From an uncultured delta proteobacterium (GTDB lineage Bacteria; Desulfobacterota; Desulfobacteria; Desulfobacterales; B30-G6), in assembly GCA_963823335.1 (NCBI GenBank), contig CAWGLD010000001.1, forward strand, positions 1,696,001 to 1,760,000: a stretch of DNA of 64,000 bases, in the 5' to 3' direction. Under the pieces are notes generated by a model. That model did not search any database and was not told where the DNA came from. It was given only the letters and a program-made list of their open reading frames with translations. Below, piece after piece: positions 62,142 through 64,000 of this stretch. The translations under genes and the position numbers were made by a program. Positions within the stretch are counted from its first letter, which is position 1, and every line of letters starts with the position of its first letter.

Positions 62142-63461
62142 ATGAGAAAGTCTATACAAATAGGTCTGCTGGGCTTGGGAACGGTGGGCACCGGTGTCGT
62201 CAGGATGTTGAGGGAAAACAAGGAGATCCTGGAGGCGCGTGTGGGTATGCCCCTGAAGTTAAAATATATCGCCGATATCGATCTTGAAAGGGACCGGGGT
62301 CTTCAACTGGACAAATCCATACTGACGTCGGATGCCTTTCAGGTGGTAAATGATCCGGAAGTGGACATTGTTGTCGAGATGATCGGTGGAGAGGGTATTG
62401 CAAGGGCATTGATTCTGAAAGCCCTGGAAAACAGGAAGCAGGTCGTTACCGCAAACAAGGCCCTCCTGGCCAAGCATGGCAACCAGTTGTTCAAAAACGC
62501 CATGGACAGCGGTGTGGACCTGGCCTATGAAGCGAGTGTGGGTGGCTGTATGCCCATCATCAAAACGTTACGGGAGTCGCTGGTGGGGAACCGTATTCAG
62601 TCCATGACAGGCATCCTGAACGGCACCTGCAATTACATCTTGTCCAAGATTACCGACGAAGGTATCGAATTTGATGCCGCCCTGGCCAAAGCTAAAGCCA
62701 ACGGCTATGCCGAAGCCGATCCGACATTGGATGTTGAGGGGTTTGACACCGCCCATAAACTGGCGATATTGACATCCCTGGGGTACGGTATGGAGATCAA
62801 CTTCGACGATATCTATATCGAGGGTATTTCCAAAATAACACCGCTGGACATCGCATTTGCAGGGCAGTTCGGCTACCGTATCAAACTTCTGGCCATCACC
62901 AAGGCCGGTGACAATACGGTAGAGGCGCGCGTGCACCCGGCCATGATACCCTTTGACAATCTTTTGTCGAATGTCAACAGCACGTTGAATGCCATCACCG
63001 TTACGGCCGATGCCGTGGGTGATATCCTTTTATACGGGCATGGTGCTGGTATGATGCCGACGGCCAGTGCCGTTGTCGGCGATATCGTGGACATTTCCCG
63101 GAACCTCCTGATGAACGCCAGCGGGCGTGTGCCCCTGATGTCTTACCAAATGGATCGAGTAAAACGGATTCCGGTGACACCTATCAGGGATATCACTACC
63201 CATTATTATTTTCGGTTTTTCGCCCAGGACAAGCCCGGGGTCTTATCCACCATCTCCGGAATTCTAGGCAAACACGGTATCAGTCTCAAGTCGGTGAATC
63301 AAAAGGGGCGTAAGACAGAAGGATCCGTGCCAGTTGTCATGCTGTCGCATCTGGCCCGGGAAGAGGACGTCCAGAATGCCCTGGCAGAGATAAAGGTTCT
63401 GGATGTTGTCAGCCGGGCACCCATGCTTATTCGTATCGAGGATGACAACTACGAAGAATGA
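62142..63461 (+). CDS. hom: Homoserine dehydrogenase with ACT domain
   Basis: GLGTVG, VTANK, GYAEADP and DKPGVL motifs. Confidence 0.97.
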   Translation: MRKSIQIGLLGLGTVGTGVVRMLRENKEILEARVGMPLKLKYIADIDLERDRGLQLDKSILTSDAFQVVNDPEVDIVVEMIGGEGIARALILKALENRKQVVTANKALLAKHGNQLFKNAMDSGVDLAYEASVGGCMPIIKTLRESLVGNRIQSMTGILNGTCNYILSKITDEGIEFDAALAKAKANGYAEADPTLDVEGFDTAHKLAILTSLGYGMEINFDDIYIEGISKITPLDIAFAGQFGYRIKLLAITKAGDNTVEARVHPAMIPFDNLLSNVNSTLNAITVTADAVGDILLYGHGAGMMPTASAVVGDIVDISRNLLMNASGRVPLMSYQMDRVKRIPVTPIRDITTHYYFRFFAQDKPGVLSTISGILGKHGISLKSVNQKGRKTEGSVPVVMLSHLAREEDVQNALAEIKVLDVVSRAPMLIRIEDDNYEE

Positions 63462-63495
63462 GAATAAAGTGTTGAAAAGAAAGGAATCGAACTTA

Positions 63496-64000
63496 ATGAT
63501 GAAAATCATTTGTGCGGACATGGAAGGTATTTTTACGCCTGAAATTTGGATTCGGGTTGCCAAGAAAACCGGCATCGAGGAGTTGAAACTGACCACCCGG
63601 GATATATCCGACTACGATGTGCTGATGAAAAAACGCCTGGGGATTCTGGCTGAAAACGGTCTCAAACTGAAAGATATCACGGATGTCATCGAGACCATGG
63701 ATCCTCTCGAGGGTGCATTGGATTTTCTAAACTGGGCCCGGGAGCGGACCCAGATCGTTGTCGTGTCCGACACCTATGTTGAATTTGCGCGGCCTCTTTT
63801 GCGAAAGCTGGGTTGGCCCACGCTTTTCTGCAACACCCTGACCATTTCACCGGAGGGGGACATTTCCGGTTACAACCTGCGTCAGAAGGACGGCAAGCGT
63901 CAGACGGTGCTGAGCCTGAGACGTCTCAACTACCACATCCTGGCCGTAGGCGACTCCTACAATGATATCACCATGCTCAAGGAAGCGGATGCGGGCGTGC
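63496..64000 (+). CDS. thrH: Phosphoserine phosphatase/homoserine phosphotransferase; 3'-truncated by the window edge
   Basis: ICADMEGIFTPEIW..TTRDISDYDVLM..VSDT..GDSYND (translated by hand). Confidence 0.92.
   Translation, partial: MMKIICADMEGIFTPEIWIRVAKKTGIEELKLTTRDISDYDVLMKKRLGILAENGLKLKDITDVIETMDPLEGALDFLNWARERTQIVVVSDTYVEFARPLLRKLGWPTLFCNTLTISPEGDISGYNLRQKDGKRQTVLSLRRLNYHILAVGDSYNDITMLKEADAGV

Overview
A 64-kb bacterial chromosome segment whose gene set points to an anaerobic, selenium-using deltaproteobacterium (Desulfobacterales-like; this is an inference). It carries housekeeping and energy genes: an ETF:quinone oxidoreductase-like gene with etfBA, pepA, moeA, mobB, argB, argG-carA-carB, pyrB, cooC, eno, pyrG, selB, hemW, a four-subunit 2-oxoacid:ferredoxin oxidoreductase, mltG, nagZ, tsaD, purM, hom and thrH. 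It also has tRNA-Arg(TCG) and tRNA-His(GTG), a decaying MSHA-like type IV pilus locus, and island material at tRNA-Arg (45-bp att duplication, integrase remnant, AT-rich signalling genes). The best unannotated signal is a complete classical attenuator in front of argG-carA-carB: a sigma70 promoter, a 28-aa leader peptide with RRRCR, an antiterminator and a U10 terminator. This suggests ribosome-mediated, arginine-sensing attenuation. Other highlights are a 146-bp structured MITE-like repeat with covariation (3 copies, two bracketing the arg/car block), several other repeat families, an unannotated 51-aa Arg-rich protein with a Cle-type c-di-GMP-binding-like motif, a short-form Rho, and several genes collapsed by internal deletions. 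All calls come from reading the sequence; no database searches were run.
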